Assembly (NCBI GenBank): GCA_951406725.2
Contig: OX597818.1
Location: 137,826,001-137,890,000, forward strand
Direction of reading: 5' to 3'
DNA length: 64,000 nt
From: Octopus vulgaris
Lineage: Eukaryota
The notes beneath the pieces were generated by a model. It saw only the letters and a program-made list of their open reading frames with translations. It was not told the origin of the DNA and did not search any database. Of the stretch, positions 29,332-42,611 are shown one piece after another. The translations under genes were made by a program, and so were the position numbers. How positions within the stretch are numbered: position 1 is the stretch's first letter; the number at the start of each line of letters is the position of its first letter.

Positions 29332-29703
29332 GGGTTCATGTGTGTTTGAGTGTGTGTATGTGTGTGCGCATGTGTGTTTGTATGCGTCATCGTGTGTATG
29401 TACATATACTTATATGTTAGTTTCCATACATTTACGTGACTAGATAAACAACATCTTTTTATTTGTTAATCTTGGCATGTACAGTGAATATAATAACTTG
29501 GAGACAATATTATCGAATGAAGAAGCAAGTATAGATAATCTTCTAAAAAACAAACACCTAATGGGACATTGATAAATATATATAAACGCACACACGTATA
29601 CACGTACACACACGCACGCAGACACAGACGTGTACACATGCGTTCACACACAGACGCACAAATGCAAAAACACATATTTACACAAACACATCATATATAT
29701 ATA

Positions 29704-29745
<42 letters not shown>

Positions 29746-30375
29746 TGTGTGTGCATGTAAGCATATATATGATTCAGTTTGCTGTCATCTTATTAGTTAC
29801 TCTACAGACAAATTCTCAAGCAATAAAACATACTTCTCACACTGTCCGTTTTATATGTCTTCCCAATCTAATTATTTCAAATGAATTGCTTAAGAGCAAA
29901 ATCATTAAAAATGTCGCTCAGTAATTCTGGTGCTAGCAGAATAGTAAATTGAGACAGTCATAAACAGAGACGAGATAACGTTTTCTTTTTATATTGATAA
30001 CTGAAAAATCGGCTTTAAATTGAAAAACACGTCCGTATAAATTATATCGCCAAGAATTATTTTCTATGACACCATCAAGCAAATATATTCAGTTCTGCAT
30101 CACATAGGAACGTTCTACATTAAATTGGAACTCTGAGAAAAATTTACCACATAATTAAATAATAGTCACATCTATTCAATAATTAAACATTATCGTTTTT
30201 GTTTTTCTGTACGTTTGATAATTTAATGTCCGTCCATCCATCCATACTTACGACTGTCTGTCTGCTTTCATAAATATAAAACGATGGGTAGCACCAGCTC
30301 CCTTCTTTGAGAAAAGTATTAATGTCAAATAATGATAGCATTCTTTCTCCCACGCGTCTTTTATTTTATCATATA

Positions 30376-30774
30376 CTAGCAGTATCGCCCGGCGTTGCTC
30401 GGGTTTGTAAGGGAAATAACTATATAAGCATTTTTAGAGAGTTATAGCCAAAAAATAGCAAAAGAATGCATTAAAAATGGAAAAAAATGATGGTAAATTT
30501 TTTTTAAATCGTTGACTCATCGTAGACATTTTTAGAGAGTTACTTCCCTTATATAATAGCGAAAAAATGCATTAAAATGGAAACAATGAAGGTAATTTTT
30601 TTTTTAAATCGTAGAGTCATCGTAGTCGCGCGCTAATACCCAGAAGGGCTCGATATGAATCACGACTATAAGGTACCCGGTTTTGGTTAAACTGCACCGC
30701 AAAATGTGGGAGTAGTTAGGAATCTAAATCGTAGGAGACAGACACTCACACAACTTCACTTTTATATATAAAGA
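30376..30774 (-). mobile_element. Non-autonomous Helitron
   Basis: Minus strand starts 5'-TCTTTATATATAAAAG, ends with hairpin CCCGAGCAACGCCGGG then CTAG-3', inserted between A and T with no TSD; second copy at 49037-49432. Confidence 0.88.
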
Positions 30775-30814
30775 TGTGGCATAGTATACCTGAGAATGAA
30801 ATATGTTTTTGTCT

Positions 30815-31111
30815 CCTACTTGTTTCAGTCATTGAAGTGTGGCCATGCTGGTGCAGGGTCTTGAAAGATTTTGTCGAACAAAGTGACCCCAGAACGTATA
30901 CTCTCTGTTACTCTTTTACTTGTTTCAGTCATTTGACAGTGGCCATGCTGGAGCACCACCTTTAGTCGAGCAAATCGACCCCGGGAATTATTCTTTGTAA
31001 GCCTAGTACTTATTCTATCGGTATCTTTTGCCGAACCGCTAAGTTACGGAGACGTAAACACACCAGCATCGGTTGTCAAGCGATGTTGTGGGGACAAACA
31101 CAGACACACAA

Positions 31112-31168
<57 letters not shown>

Positions 31169-31344
31169 CATACATATATACGACGGGCTTCTTTCAGTTT
31201 TCGTCTACCAAATCCACTCACAAGGCTTTGGTCGGCCCGAGGCTATAGTAGAAGACACTTGCCCAAGGTGCCACGCAGTGGGACTGAACTCTGAACCATG
31301 TGGTTGGTAGGCAAGCTACTTACCACACAGCCACTCCTAAGCCT
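30815..31344 (-). mobile_element. SINE family A full copy (30901-31344) plus an older 3' fragment (30815-30895)
   Basis: Family A consensus on the minus strand. Confidence 0.9.
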
Positions 31345-31719
31345 ATCATTTAAAATCTAGTACTCATTGCCGAAACCGAAACCTAAACAAATCAGCACCA
31401 TTTATCAGAGTAAATACAAAGCAAAAAGCCCCCTCCCCCCACCTCTCCACACACACACACACAGGAATAACTTTTTAATATAAATTTTTATATATTAGAA
31501 ACCGCAACCGTTAACTTTTTCATGTCTTTTGAATTTGGCAATATCAATTCCGTTGATATTAATTCTAAAATTATCTTCGTCAATGCTTGTGATCCAGTGA
31601 TTTTTCAATTGTCTGAAGTTGTAGCACACTGGAGATTAAATAAAATATCATTGATATAATTCACAAGAAATGTTTTGTGAAAACTGTTTTAAAGCTGAGA
31701 ATTTAGAAATATGGACATC

Positions 31720-31769
<50 letters not shown>

Positions 31770-31875
31770 TAAAAATATTTAAAGCTGGGTGCGATGGGTA
31801 AATTATTGCGATTTTATATTTGTAATTTCGCGCATACACATCGCTTCTTTTTGGTTTTGTCGATTACACAGTATA

Positions 31876-32655
31876 CTAGGGTCAGTCGGGCACCGTCTAT
31901 GAGAAAAACAGCACCAAGACGCAATGCACTCTGCCAGAAATTTGGAAACGACATTCTGTACTGCTTAGCATTCGCGCCGGACGCTCCAGTACGAACGTTT
32001 GGGTGTCGATCTGAGGACAGTGCAATCGGAGGACATATACCGAGAATGATAAAAATCAAACATTCAGTCAACATTACGGTGTTTGGAGTGATCACTAGTG
32101 ATGGCGACATTATGCCTCCATTCATCTTCCTACATGGTCTCAGACTCAACACGGAGGCCTTCATCAAGTACTTGGAGGAGGTAGTGCTGCCCTGGGTGGC
32201 TGCTGGAAGATCCTATGTCTAGCAACAGGACTCTGCACCATGCCACACAAGCAGGAGAACCCAGTCATGGCTGTCAGACAATTTCTGATAACTACATCAC
32301 CCCGAACATCTGGCCACCTATCTCCTCAGACTGCAACCCCCTCGATTATTATGAGTGGGCTTCAGTTGAACGAGAGACCAACTAAACTCCTTGCAACACC
32401 AAAGATGAACCGAAGGTAAGGATTATGGCAGCATTTACCAACTTAAACAAAGAGACCGTCCAGAAGTGTTACAGGAGATTCCAAACTCGTTTGGAGGCCG
32501 TGGTTGAAATCAACGGCGATTCTATTGAATAAATTAACTCTTTAGTATTTCAAGATGTTTTTATGTAATTTTGATAAATATATCTGTTAAAATGAGATGT
32601 CAGTGTTACTTTCCTTTATGCGTAATTTAGACGAAAATATATTCACTGCACCCTG
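31876..32655 (+). mobile_element. Internally deleted Tc1/mariner-superfamily maT (DD37D) transposon, pseudogenised
   Basis: VFGVITSDG...YLEEVVLPW...QQDSAPCHTSRRTQSWL...WPP.S.DCNPLDYYEW gives D-37-D after frameshift repair; right TIR ...TTCACTGCACCCTG|TA, left TIR degenerate. Confidence 0.85.
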
Positions 32656-33235
32656 TATATATTCTTGGTGACGCAGTTGCGCACCACAATGCATTGTTTG
32701 AAAAGCAATACGGTATAGAAATCATGGGTGATAGTTCTATAGATATTTAGGTCGAGCGAAAGGGTTTTGTTAAAGTATTGAATATGAAGCGTATTTAGGA
32801 GACACTGTAAGATGATTAAGAAAAGGATTGGTAGTAGAATCGGTTGAACGAAATTTATATAATTGCTAGAATAGAAATATATTAAAGATCACACAGTGGA
32901 ACTGGCGGGATTGCAGATGAAGTCAGTGAGGTGTAGAGTTGTAGAAGATGGAAATATTTTCAGTATGGGTTGTGTAGTGAAATCAGGTACAAAATATTTG
33001 TGTGAACTGGTCTTCATTTATTTATAAGTATTGTATATCGTCAATATTTAATATTAACTTCGTTTACAGGTTTTCAAACGAACCAATAACTGGTTTACTA
33101 TATTTAAACCACACATTGGTTCACCCAGCTCAGGATCCTTTATATAATTACTCGACCTACACGAAATAGTGCTCTGCTTTCGATTCACTGTTTTACATTA
33201 GCTAGACCACAATATTACACAGTACAAACTGATAT

Positions 33236-33393
33236 GTTAGTTAGTTAGTTAGTTAATTCGGCTCAAAAGCAAATAGCAAGACCATGTAGGGGGACATGGA
33301 GTTAAGTACAGGGTGGTGTTCATGTAAAGAGTTCAGGCCACTTGAGGTCCAGGGAGGCTTTGAACAAAGCGGTCGTCGGCATCTTCACCATCT
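33236..33393 (-). mobile_element. 3' terminus of a CR1/L2-group LINE with (TAAC)n tail
   Basis: Minus-strand MVKMPTTALFKASLDLKWPELFT* (FK..LD end motif), short UTR, tandem TAAC tail. Confidence 0.6.
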
Positions 33394-33659
33394 CTATAGA
33401 GTTGTAACTTGTGCGTTGAGTAAATGTGTGTAAATGTGTGTATATGTGTATGTGCATTATCAGCAAGAAAATGAATATTTGTGTATACAGTTGTTGTTTC
33501 CTATCGTTGTTATGCAGACTCGGATGGTCCCTGATCGAGTAGACCTATGATCAAATGCATTTCAGCTCATGACCTTCTCGTCGAGATTCGAAGGTCGAGA
33601 TTTGATAAAGAGGCCGTAGAACTCTCGTCGTTGAAAATTTTACCGTATTTATTGAAACT

Positions 33660-33900
33660 GGCTTTGTAGTTAGGGTGTTTGACTCACGATCGCAAGATTG
33701 CAGTTTCGATTCCTAGACCGGACGACGTGTTTTGTTTTTGAGCAAAACACTTCATTTCAAGTTGCTCCAGTCCATGCAGCTGGCAAAAATGGGTGTTCTT
33801 ACAAAGGATCGGCGTCTCGTTCAGGTGGGGAATATAAACGCCACGGAAACCGAGAAACCGGCCCTATGTATCTATAGGACTCGGTAAGGTACTTTACACT
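33660..33900 (+). mobile_element. Diverged SINE family B
   Basis: GTTTCGATTCC B box, TTGAGCAAAACACTT...GTTGCTCCAGTCCA core, GAAACCG tail. Confidence 0.7.
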
Positions 33901-34315
33901 TTTAGAGTGAAATTGAAAACGGTGAGGTCCAAATCAAATGCTCAACACTATGTGGTGTAATTGTTTTTATCGTTGTACTCTGGCTGTTATTGTAAGAAGG
34001 TATTACCACTTCGAAAACCCATCTTAGACGCTCCTGATAAAACTATTCTAACGTACCATAAACGATTTTCCCAACCGAGTGTGACTTCGAAACATTTATC
34101 ATGATATCACTAAATGCTTTAGACCCCTCCAGACCTTCCCTTTCATTGAGGGAATACTGGGGATGTGGTAGGTGCAGTCAGAGAAGCTGTACAAGTATTG
34201 GATTGACGTTTCTAACTATTTCCAGAGTGCAGCAATGTGAAATGAGGCACTATGTTCAAGGACACAGCTCACCACCCGGTCGAGGAATCGAACCCATGAC
34301 CTAGTGGTTTTTCTT

Positions 34316-34473
34316 AGGAGTGGCTGTGTGGTAAGTAGCTTGCTAACCAACCACATGGTTCCGGGTTCAGTTCCACTGCGTGGCATCTTGGGCAAGTGTC
34401 TTCTGCTATAGCCCCGAGCCGACCAATGCCTTGTGAGTGGATTTGGTAGACGGAAACTGAAAGAAGCCTGTCG

Positions 34474-34512
<39 letters not shown>

Positions 34513-34757
34513 CTGTGTTTGTGTGTCTGTGTTTGTGTGTCTGTGTTTGTGTGTCTGTGTTTGTCCCCCTAGCATTGCTTGACAACCGATGCTGGTGTGT
34601 TTATGTACCCGTAGCTTAGCGGTTCGGCAAAAGAGACCGATAGAATAAGTACTGGGCTTACAAAGAATAAGTCCCGGGGTCGATTTGCTCGACTAAAGGC
34701 GGTGCTCCAGCATGGCCGCAGTCAAATGACTGAAACAAGTAAAAGAGTAAAGAGTAA
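34316..34757 (+). mobile_element. SINE family A, full length
   Basis: Family A consensus. Confidence 0.92.
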
Positions 34758-35499
34758 TAGAGAGTTATAATAAAACTTAGTGACGGATGTGGTCTGCCAG
34801 GTCTACAAGTGGTTGTGACAAGATTTACCGCTTGACAGCAACCATCAAGAATTGAGGATCTAGAGTAGGACAAATAATATACTTATTGATTACATTATCT
34901 ACAATATTATTCTGCTTCCTGCCATTTTCCTGTTTTGTCCGAGTGTTACGCCAAGGGAGATAATAACTCGAATGGAGAAAGACATACCTAGAGAGAGAAA
35001 GAAGAGGAGAAAGAGAGACAATAAGAGAAACGGAAATAGAGGAATCAGTGAGAAAATAGAAAGGGAAAACATGGCAGAATCCAAAATGTTTAAGAGGATG
35101 AAACAGTGTCATGAAGATCTATAAAGCCATGCATTAAAAGACATATCGATAGATAGTTATACTAAAGTGAAATAACTTTAGTTCGCAACTAGCTGTGGAT
35201 GTTACAGCTTCACTTCAAACGATGGGATTTCAAAAGAACTCTTTGAAATACCTTCCTTGTGTTTAATATATCAAAGTAATCTTATCAGATATGCTGACTT
35301 ACATAGGGGTATTTCCACGGATCCCGTTAGTTTTTATACTTTCAACTGTTCAATGTGATTTCGTGCAGCCATCATTAAGAGTACTTATTGTTCCTGTGGT
35401 GTCTCTGCCGGATTATATTTTGAGCATTTATGGTGAGGCAATAGCTTAGCTACTACGTCTAACAGCTTAGCTACTGTATTATACAAATGAATCGAAGAA

Positions 35500-36150
35500 A
35501 AACACTTGAGCCAAATTTTGGGGAAGGAGTAAGTCGATTAGATCGACCCCAGTTTTCAACTGGTATTTATTTTATAGGCGGCGAGCTGGCAGAAACGTTA
35601 GCACGCCGGGCGAAATGCTTAGCGGTATTTCGTCTGCGTTACGTTGTGAGTTCAAATTCCGCCGAGGTCGACTTTGCCTTTCATCCTTTCGGGGTCGATA
35701 AATTAAGTACCAGTTACACACTGGGGTCGATGTGTAATCGACTTAATACCTATGTCTGTCCTTGTTTGTCCCCTCTGTGTTTAGCCCCTTGTGGGTAATA
35801 AAGAAATAGGTATTTATTTTATAGATCTCCAAAGGATGAAAGGCAAATTCAACCTCGGCGGAATTTGAGCTCAGCATATAACGACGAATGAAATGCCGCT
35901 AAATATTTTACCCGGCGTGCTAACATTTCTAAATTTTACTGCCCACAAGGGGCTACACACAGAGAGGACAGACAAACGGATTAAGTCGATTATATCGCCC
36001 CCAATGCGTAACTGGTACTTATTTAATCGACCCCGAAAGGATGAAAGGCAAAGTCGACCTCGGCGGAATTTGAACTCAGAACGTTGCAGCAGAAGAAACA
36101 CTGCTAAGCATTTTACCCGGCGTGCTAACGTTTCTGTCAGCTCGCTCCTT
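35500..36150. mobile_element. Nest of three family C SINEs: + copy 35578-35808 inserted in a - copy, then a further - copy 35935-36150
   Basis: 16-bp TSD GGTATTTATTTTATAG at 35562-35577 and 35809-35824; central GCCTTTCATCCTTTCGGGGTCGATAAA domain. Confidence 0.88.
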
Positions 36151-36667
36151 TAATGAACCAAAGAAACATTACAACATAAGACCTTCTTTCTCTTAAGACG
36201 CTGGGTGTAATTTAATGAAACATTGCTGTTATTTCTAGTTACTCATATGGCGGCAAATAATATTTCTGTGAGTATTATTCATCAGCGTACGTGCTTGCAT
36301 ACGTGTGTATGCGTACGCGCAAAAAAAGGAAAAATATGTCTGTGGCAGATATATTCTAAGAATTCAATTTCGAACTGACTAATGTCACATGACATTTATT
36401 TAGAGAAAAATTAACAAACTAAACGTGTAATTGCAGCAGCCTTTGTCACTTTTGATTGAACAAGCATCTTGGGAATCTTATCCTTTCTCCACCCCCAATC
36501 TCTTTGCAGCACCACTACGCCGCAACATCACCGCAACACAACACCGCAGTCCACGCGCTCTCTATCTCCACCCTTCTGTCTCGCTATTTACTCTTTTATT
36601 TATCCATTTATTTTCAATCTGTTTTTCGCATATTTCTGTTATGTCTTACTCCTTTTCTATCTCCCTC

Positions 36668-36702
<35 letters not shown>

Positions 36703-36951
36703 TCTATAATATATATATTATAGATTTATATATATATATACGTATGTATATATTTATATATACATATATATGCATAGATATACGTATACATATATATATA
36801 TTTACACATATATATATGTATATATATATATGTGTGTGTGTATGTTTAGATATACATATATACATGCATATATACATGCATATATACACACATATATACA
36901 CACACACAATCATACACACTTATACACAAATAGAAAATACGTGTACATACT

Positions 36952-36987
<36 letters not shown>

Positions 36988-37391
36988 TGTACGTGTGTGT
37001 GGATAGATGAATGGATTGATGTGTACACGCGTACATATGTAAGAGTACGACGTATGCTAAGCTTACACACGCATTTCGATGTTTTATCCATAGAGAAGGA
37101 GTGACGAAGAAAACTATATCATTAAACAGCGACTGATGAAGGAGAGCCCTACGCCCGTTGATTCGATTGCGGTGACGCTATTAGCAGAACCAGATACGTC
37201 GCTCGTGACAAGCAAGCAAAATAATTAGTCTTTTTCCTAAATGACCCAACAGCACACACTTTCAACTACACACAATGAACTATACACACACAGTAAAATA
37301 ACAGGCAATAATGCAATAATGCTTTGTTATACACATTGTCCTCCTCCTCCTCCTCCTCCTTCCCTCTCTCTCTCTCTATATATATATATGT

Positions 37392-37575
37392 TTCTTTACT
37401 ACCCACAAGGGGCTAAACATAGATGAGACAAACAAGGACAGATAAACGGATTAAGTCGATTACATCGACCCAGTGCGAAACTGGTACTTTATTTATCGAC
37501 CCCGAGAGGATGAAAGGCAAAGTCGACCTCGGCGGAATTTGAACTCAGAACGTAGCGACAGACGAAATATCGCTA
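37392..37575 (-). mobile_element. SINE family C, head truncated
   Basis: Family C consensus. Confidence 0.85.
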
Positions 37576-37580
37576 TATAT

Positions 37581-37761
37581 AGGCGCAGGCATGACTGAGA
37601 AGTAAAAATCTTGCTTCCCAAGCACATGGTTCCACGTTCAGTCCCGCTGCGTGGTTATCTTAGGCAAGTATCTTCTACTGTAGCCTCGGGCCGATCAAAG
37701 CCTTGTGAGTGGATTTGGTAGACAGAAACTGAAAGAAACCCTTCGTATATACATATGTATG

Positions 37762-37808
<47 letters not shown>

Positions 37809-38027
37809 CGTGCGTGTGTGTGTGTTTGCATCTGTCCCCCCCATTCACCATCGCTTGACAACTGATGCTGATGTGCTTACGTCCCTGTAAATTAGCGGGT
37901 CGGCAGAAGGAACTGATAGAACATAAACTAGGTTTACAAAGAATAAGTCCAGAGGTCGATTTCTTCGACTAAAAGGCGGTGCTTCAACAAGGCCGGCCGC
38001 AGCCAAATGATTGAAACAAGTAAAAGA
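37581..38027 (+). mobile_element. SINE family A, diverged
   Basis: Family A consensus with substitutions. Confidence 0.85.
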
Positions 38028-38028
38028 C

Positions 38029-38090
<62 letters not shown>

Positions 38091-38163
38091 GTAAAAACGG
38101 TAAGATAACAAAAGAAAGAAAGAGACCTCAATATTATGTAAATAGAGGAAATTTATCTATAAA

Positions 38164-38350
38164 ATAATATGTAACAATTACTCAATAGTCAAGATGAAAC
38201 TCTGAGTTTCAGATGCCGAAGTGGAAATCCACAACACTATCTCTTCGGTTATCTGGCCAGATAACCGAAGAGATAGAGTTGTGGATTTCCACTTCGGCAT
38301 CTGAAACTCAGAGTTAGTTTTATCTTGACTATTGAGTAATTGTAACATAT

Positions 38351-38353
<3 letters not shown>
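38164..38353. repeat. ~190-bp near-perfect palindrome with no spacer, inside (TA)n tracts
   Basis: Centre ...CTCTTCGGTTATCTGG|CCAGATAACCGAAGAG... at 38256/38257; arms ~93-97 bp. Confidence 0.95.
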
Positions 38354-38397
<44 letters not shown>

Positions 38398-38849
38398 TTG
38401 CTAATTTTGGCGCAAGGTCAACAACATTGGGTAAGGGTGTGGTTGATTACATCAACCACATTGCTTAGGTGGTTCTTATTTTATCGACCCCGAAAAAATG
38501 AATGCAAGTAAAGTTGATCTCCGCGGAACTTGAACTCACCTCATGAAGACGAATGAAATACCGCTGTCTTCACTTCAGCTTAGAAGCTACTCCATGCTGA
38601 AATGAAGACAGCATATTCTTTGTCTATCTCCTTGCCTTCTTGGAGATTTTAGGTAAAATTATACTGTGTTCATCTGTTTTAACTTATGTCTTTATGCTGA
38701 GGATTGATCTGTATTTAAATTGATGCAATGATTGCATTGTTCAATTAAATGGAGTTGCTTGAAACGATCGTACTGTATTACTTCTGGATAACTTTGTTGC
38801 TTATTTTGATTATATATATATATATCAATTGTATAGATTGTAGTATAAG

Positions 38850-38903
38850 TAGTATAGTAGTAAGTAACCTGCCTGTCGTGCAGGAGATCAGAGTTAGATT
38901 TTC
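38850..38903 (+). pseudogene. tRNA-Asp(GTC)-like relic
   Basis: TAGTATAGTAGTAAGTAACCTGCCTGTCGTGCAGGAGATCAGAGTTAGATT aligns to eukaryotic tRNA-Asp D, anticodon and T arms; acceptor stem and B box are broken. Confidence 0.55.
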
Positions 38904-38977
38904 GATATAAACTTTTATGACGGTGTCACAGCATGACTACAGCTTGTGGCTAGAGCCGATTGTAGGGCGTGACAATT

Positions 38978-39820
38978 TCAGTACCATGTATGCCCTCCCT
39001 GGGTGTTCAAAACGGCCATACACCGTAGGTAAATAGGGTGCATGAGGTGGTTCACAAAACCCATTGGCACCTGTGCCCACATCCTGAAGAAAGCCGCCTC
39101 CAGTTCCACAGGAATCGTTGGCCTTGAGGCCACCTGGTTCAGCTGTCTGTGGATTTCATCCCACAAGTGTTCAATTGGGTTCAAATCCGGGCTGAGAGCC
39201 GGCCACGGCATGGTTCTGATGTTGCGTTGACGCAGGACGTCCATGGTGACACTGGCCGTGTGGGGAAGAGCATTATCCTGCTGGAACATGTGGCTATGGT
39301 GACGGGCGAAGAAGGGCACGATGTGAGGTCTTAGGATCTGGTCAACGTAGCGCTGCGTTGTGATGCCATTCACTTTGCCTGCACCAACATTTTGGAACAC
39401 ATGGAGCCCAATTCTCCGATTCAGACCTATGGCACCCCAAACCATGATGCTTTGGCCACCCCACGCGTCTTTCTCCATAACACATTCGTCACACACCCCA
39501 CCCTGCCATCCGAAGTGGAAACGCAGTACTGGCTCTCGTCAGAGAAGACTATCAACCTCCAGTGTCAACGCCGCCAATGTCCGTACTGTTTATCCCACTA
39601 TAGTCGTTCATGAAGGTGGCGAGCGGTGAGGACAGGCCCTCGAGCAGGACGACGGCAAAACAGGTTGTTTGCGGACAGTTGACGTCCGTACCCTCTCGTC
39701 GCTGATGGGTCACTGTCCAGTGCCAATGGTCTCACGAGCTGTCACGCTGGCCGGTCCGAAGCGAGCACGGAGGCGTTGCAAGTGGGTGAAGCGGTCCTGA
39801 CTGGATGTGATCACAGCTCC
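38978..39820 (-). mobile_element. Tc1-family (DD34E) transposase pseudogene
   Basis: QDRF..L.R (HTH region), VFSDES, GGQSIMVWGAI, FQQDNALPH, WPALSPDLNPIEHLWD (34 residues between D and E), GGHTWY*; stops and frameshifts upstream; TIRs not found. Confidence 0.92.
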
Positions 39821-40454
39821 GGTACATGTAAATATGGGCGTTTGCCTGTGACACTATTTATGGATGCGTGCATCTGCATACTCGTTTATATTTATTGAAG
39901 TGTGCATTAGTAAACCATCCAACATACCTATGTAACCATCAACCAGTAAGCCATGACATATGACTCAATCCTATTACTTTAAATTTCCATCGATTTCACT
40001 TCTAGGTTAGCAACAGCTGACTGTTTTATTTGTCTTTTAACATTTCGTTTAGTTTAGAATCAGTTTCTGGATGTGATTTCAACTTCAGACATCACTTCAG
40101 ATTTCAACATTCTTCTATCCCAGAAAATATTCTAAAGTCGCTTGACATTATAGTAGTACAAACACACCTGAGACTTGGTATATGCATGTAATTATTCAGT
40201 TTATTTCAAGATTTCTTGCCAATAGAGAAAGAACAGATTTCTAACCTTGATTCAAGACTTCTTCATTGGAATTTCAACATCAATAACAGGGTATTTTTGT
40301 TTGTATGTATATATGTATGTAGTATGTACGTATGTATGTGCACATACACACACGCACACACAAACGTATATCTATGTATACACAAACGCACACACAGAAC
40401 ACACTCACATACATGCATACATGCATATATGTATATACATACATATATATGTAT

Positions 40455-40864
40455 GTGGCTGTGTGGTAAGTAGCTTGCTAACCAACCACATGGTTCCGGG
40501 TTCAGTCCCACTGCGTGGAATCTTGGGCAAGTGCCTTCTGCTATAGCCCCGGGCCGACCAATGCCTTGTGAGTGGATTTGGTAGGCGGAAACTGAAAGAA
40601 GCCTGTCGTATATATGTATATATATATATATATATATAAGTGTGTGTGTATGTGTTTGTGTGTCTGTGTTTGTCCTCCTAGCATTGCTTGACAACCGATG
40701 CTGGTGTGTTTATATCCCCGTCACTTAGCGGTTCGGCAAAAGAGACCGATAGAATAAGTACTGGGCTTACAAAGAATAAGTCCCGAGGTCGATTTGCTCG
40801 ACTAAAGGCGGTGCTCCAGCATGGCCGCATTCAAATGACTGAAACAAGTAAAAGAGTAAAAAGA

Positions 40865-40866
<2 letters not shown>
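40455..40866 (+). mobile_element. SINE family A
   Basis: Family A consensus. Confidence 0.92.
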
Positions 40867-40912
<46 letters not shown>

Positions 40913-41584
40913 TGGACTACATCAGAACAAACGTTATATATCTAATCGTTAAGTCATTTTTATCTGATGGTCATTGAATTGTAAATAGCCGCTTCATGAT
41001 TTGTCTATTACTCCTTTAATCCAAAGATTTCTTCATCGTGACTTATTCACCAAAATGTTTACCAAAACGCTCTCAGTTTATTTTCCCAATCTTTAAACAA
41101 ACTCCATACTTCAACAATCCGTACAATATGTTCACTCATTTCCCTCTCCTCTTTCCCTCAATGAATGTTTCCTCCTCACTGCCTTACCCTCAAGCATCTA
41201 AATTGTTCAGAAAATGCATTACTATTTCCTAGTTATCTGTTCCTCTAAAAATAAACTATTTTAAGCACAGTGTAGTGACTTCCGGAGAGAAGAGAAACAA
41301 ATTATATTATCATTCGACGGAGAATTTTTACTGAAAATTAACTTCTAAATATTTCATGAGCCAGCATTTCACGGATTTTATTTTCAGATAAAGTCAGTAT
41401 TCTCGACGTATTTGTGACAACAGCTAAAAATCAGTGGGCCTTCAGACAGCGATGCAATTTCGATTTCCATTTTCAGATTATTGTATTTCCGTTCGCTGGT
41501 GTTGCAATTGTTCTATAAACCTTGTAAATGTACAAAACTATGCAGAAGCTGATCAGAAGTGTCGTTTTTATTACTGTGCGGCAT

Positions 41585-42045
41585 ACTCTTTTACTCTTTT
41601 ACTCTTTTACTCTTTTACTCTTTTACTCTTTTACTCTTTACTCTTTACTCTTTACTCTTGTTTCAGTCATTTGACTGCGGCCATGCTGGAGCACCGCCTT
41701 TAGTCGAGCAAATCGACCTCGGGACTTATTCTTTGTAAGCCCAGTACTTATTCTATCGGTCTGTTTTGCCGAACCGCTAAGTAACGGGGACGTAAACACA
41801 CCAGCATCGGTTGTCAAGCAATGCTAGGGGGACAAACACATACACACAAACATATACACACACACATATATATATAAACATATATACGACAGGCTTCTTT
41901 CAGTTTCCGTCTACCAAATCCACTCACAAGGCATTGGTCGGCCCGGGGCCATAGCAGAAGACACTTGGCCAAGATGCCACGCAGTGGGACGAACCCGGAA
42001 CCATGTGGTTGGTTAGCAAGCTACTTACCACACAGCCACTCCTGC
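41585..42045 (-). mobile_element. SINE family A with expanded (GAGTAAAA)n tail
   Basis: About nine 7-8-bp tail units at 41585-41658. Confidence 0.92.
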
Positions 42046-42237
42046 ATCTTTTACCTAATCACCCAGTTTACTACTACCACGTAATTCTTTGGTACCTAAC
42101 CTGTATCAGTGGACACCTTGTTGTCAGCATTGGAGCGAAGTCTCAATTTTGAGGTTAAATTGCCCTACTTTTCCAACCTTGAAAGCCCTAAAAATTGGCA
42201 TGGGTGACGCTCTTACTCCTCTTACTGAAAGTAAACT

Positions 42238-42490
42238 GGCACTTCGTCGATTACAATAAGTGTTCCTGCTGAAGTGACCGATGTGACATCATGCGCGTTA
42301 AATTAACGTGCAAGTGGCCGAGCACTCCGCGGACACGCGAACCCTTAACGCAGTTCTATGAGAGATTCAGCCTGACAGACAATGGGGCAAGTCTGGCCGT
42401 TCGAAATAGAGATACGACACATTTTCGCTAGCTGAGGGGCCTGGAGCAACATAAAATAATGCTGAGCTGAATACTCAAACCACTATGCCA
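42238..42490 (-). mobile_element. Old diverged SINE family B, tail type 2
   Basis: AAATTAACGTGCAAGTGGC.GAGCACTCC...CCCTTAACG shared with 47961-48339. Confidence 0.7.
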
Positions 42491-42611
42491 TGCATAAGCG
42501 ACCAAAACTTAAAACAAAATTTTAAAAATTAAGGCGAGGTAATCATAAAAGAGCTAATATATCTCCAAAATCGAATGAGTTAATTGATATAACAAATATC
42601 AACAAATCTCC

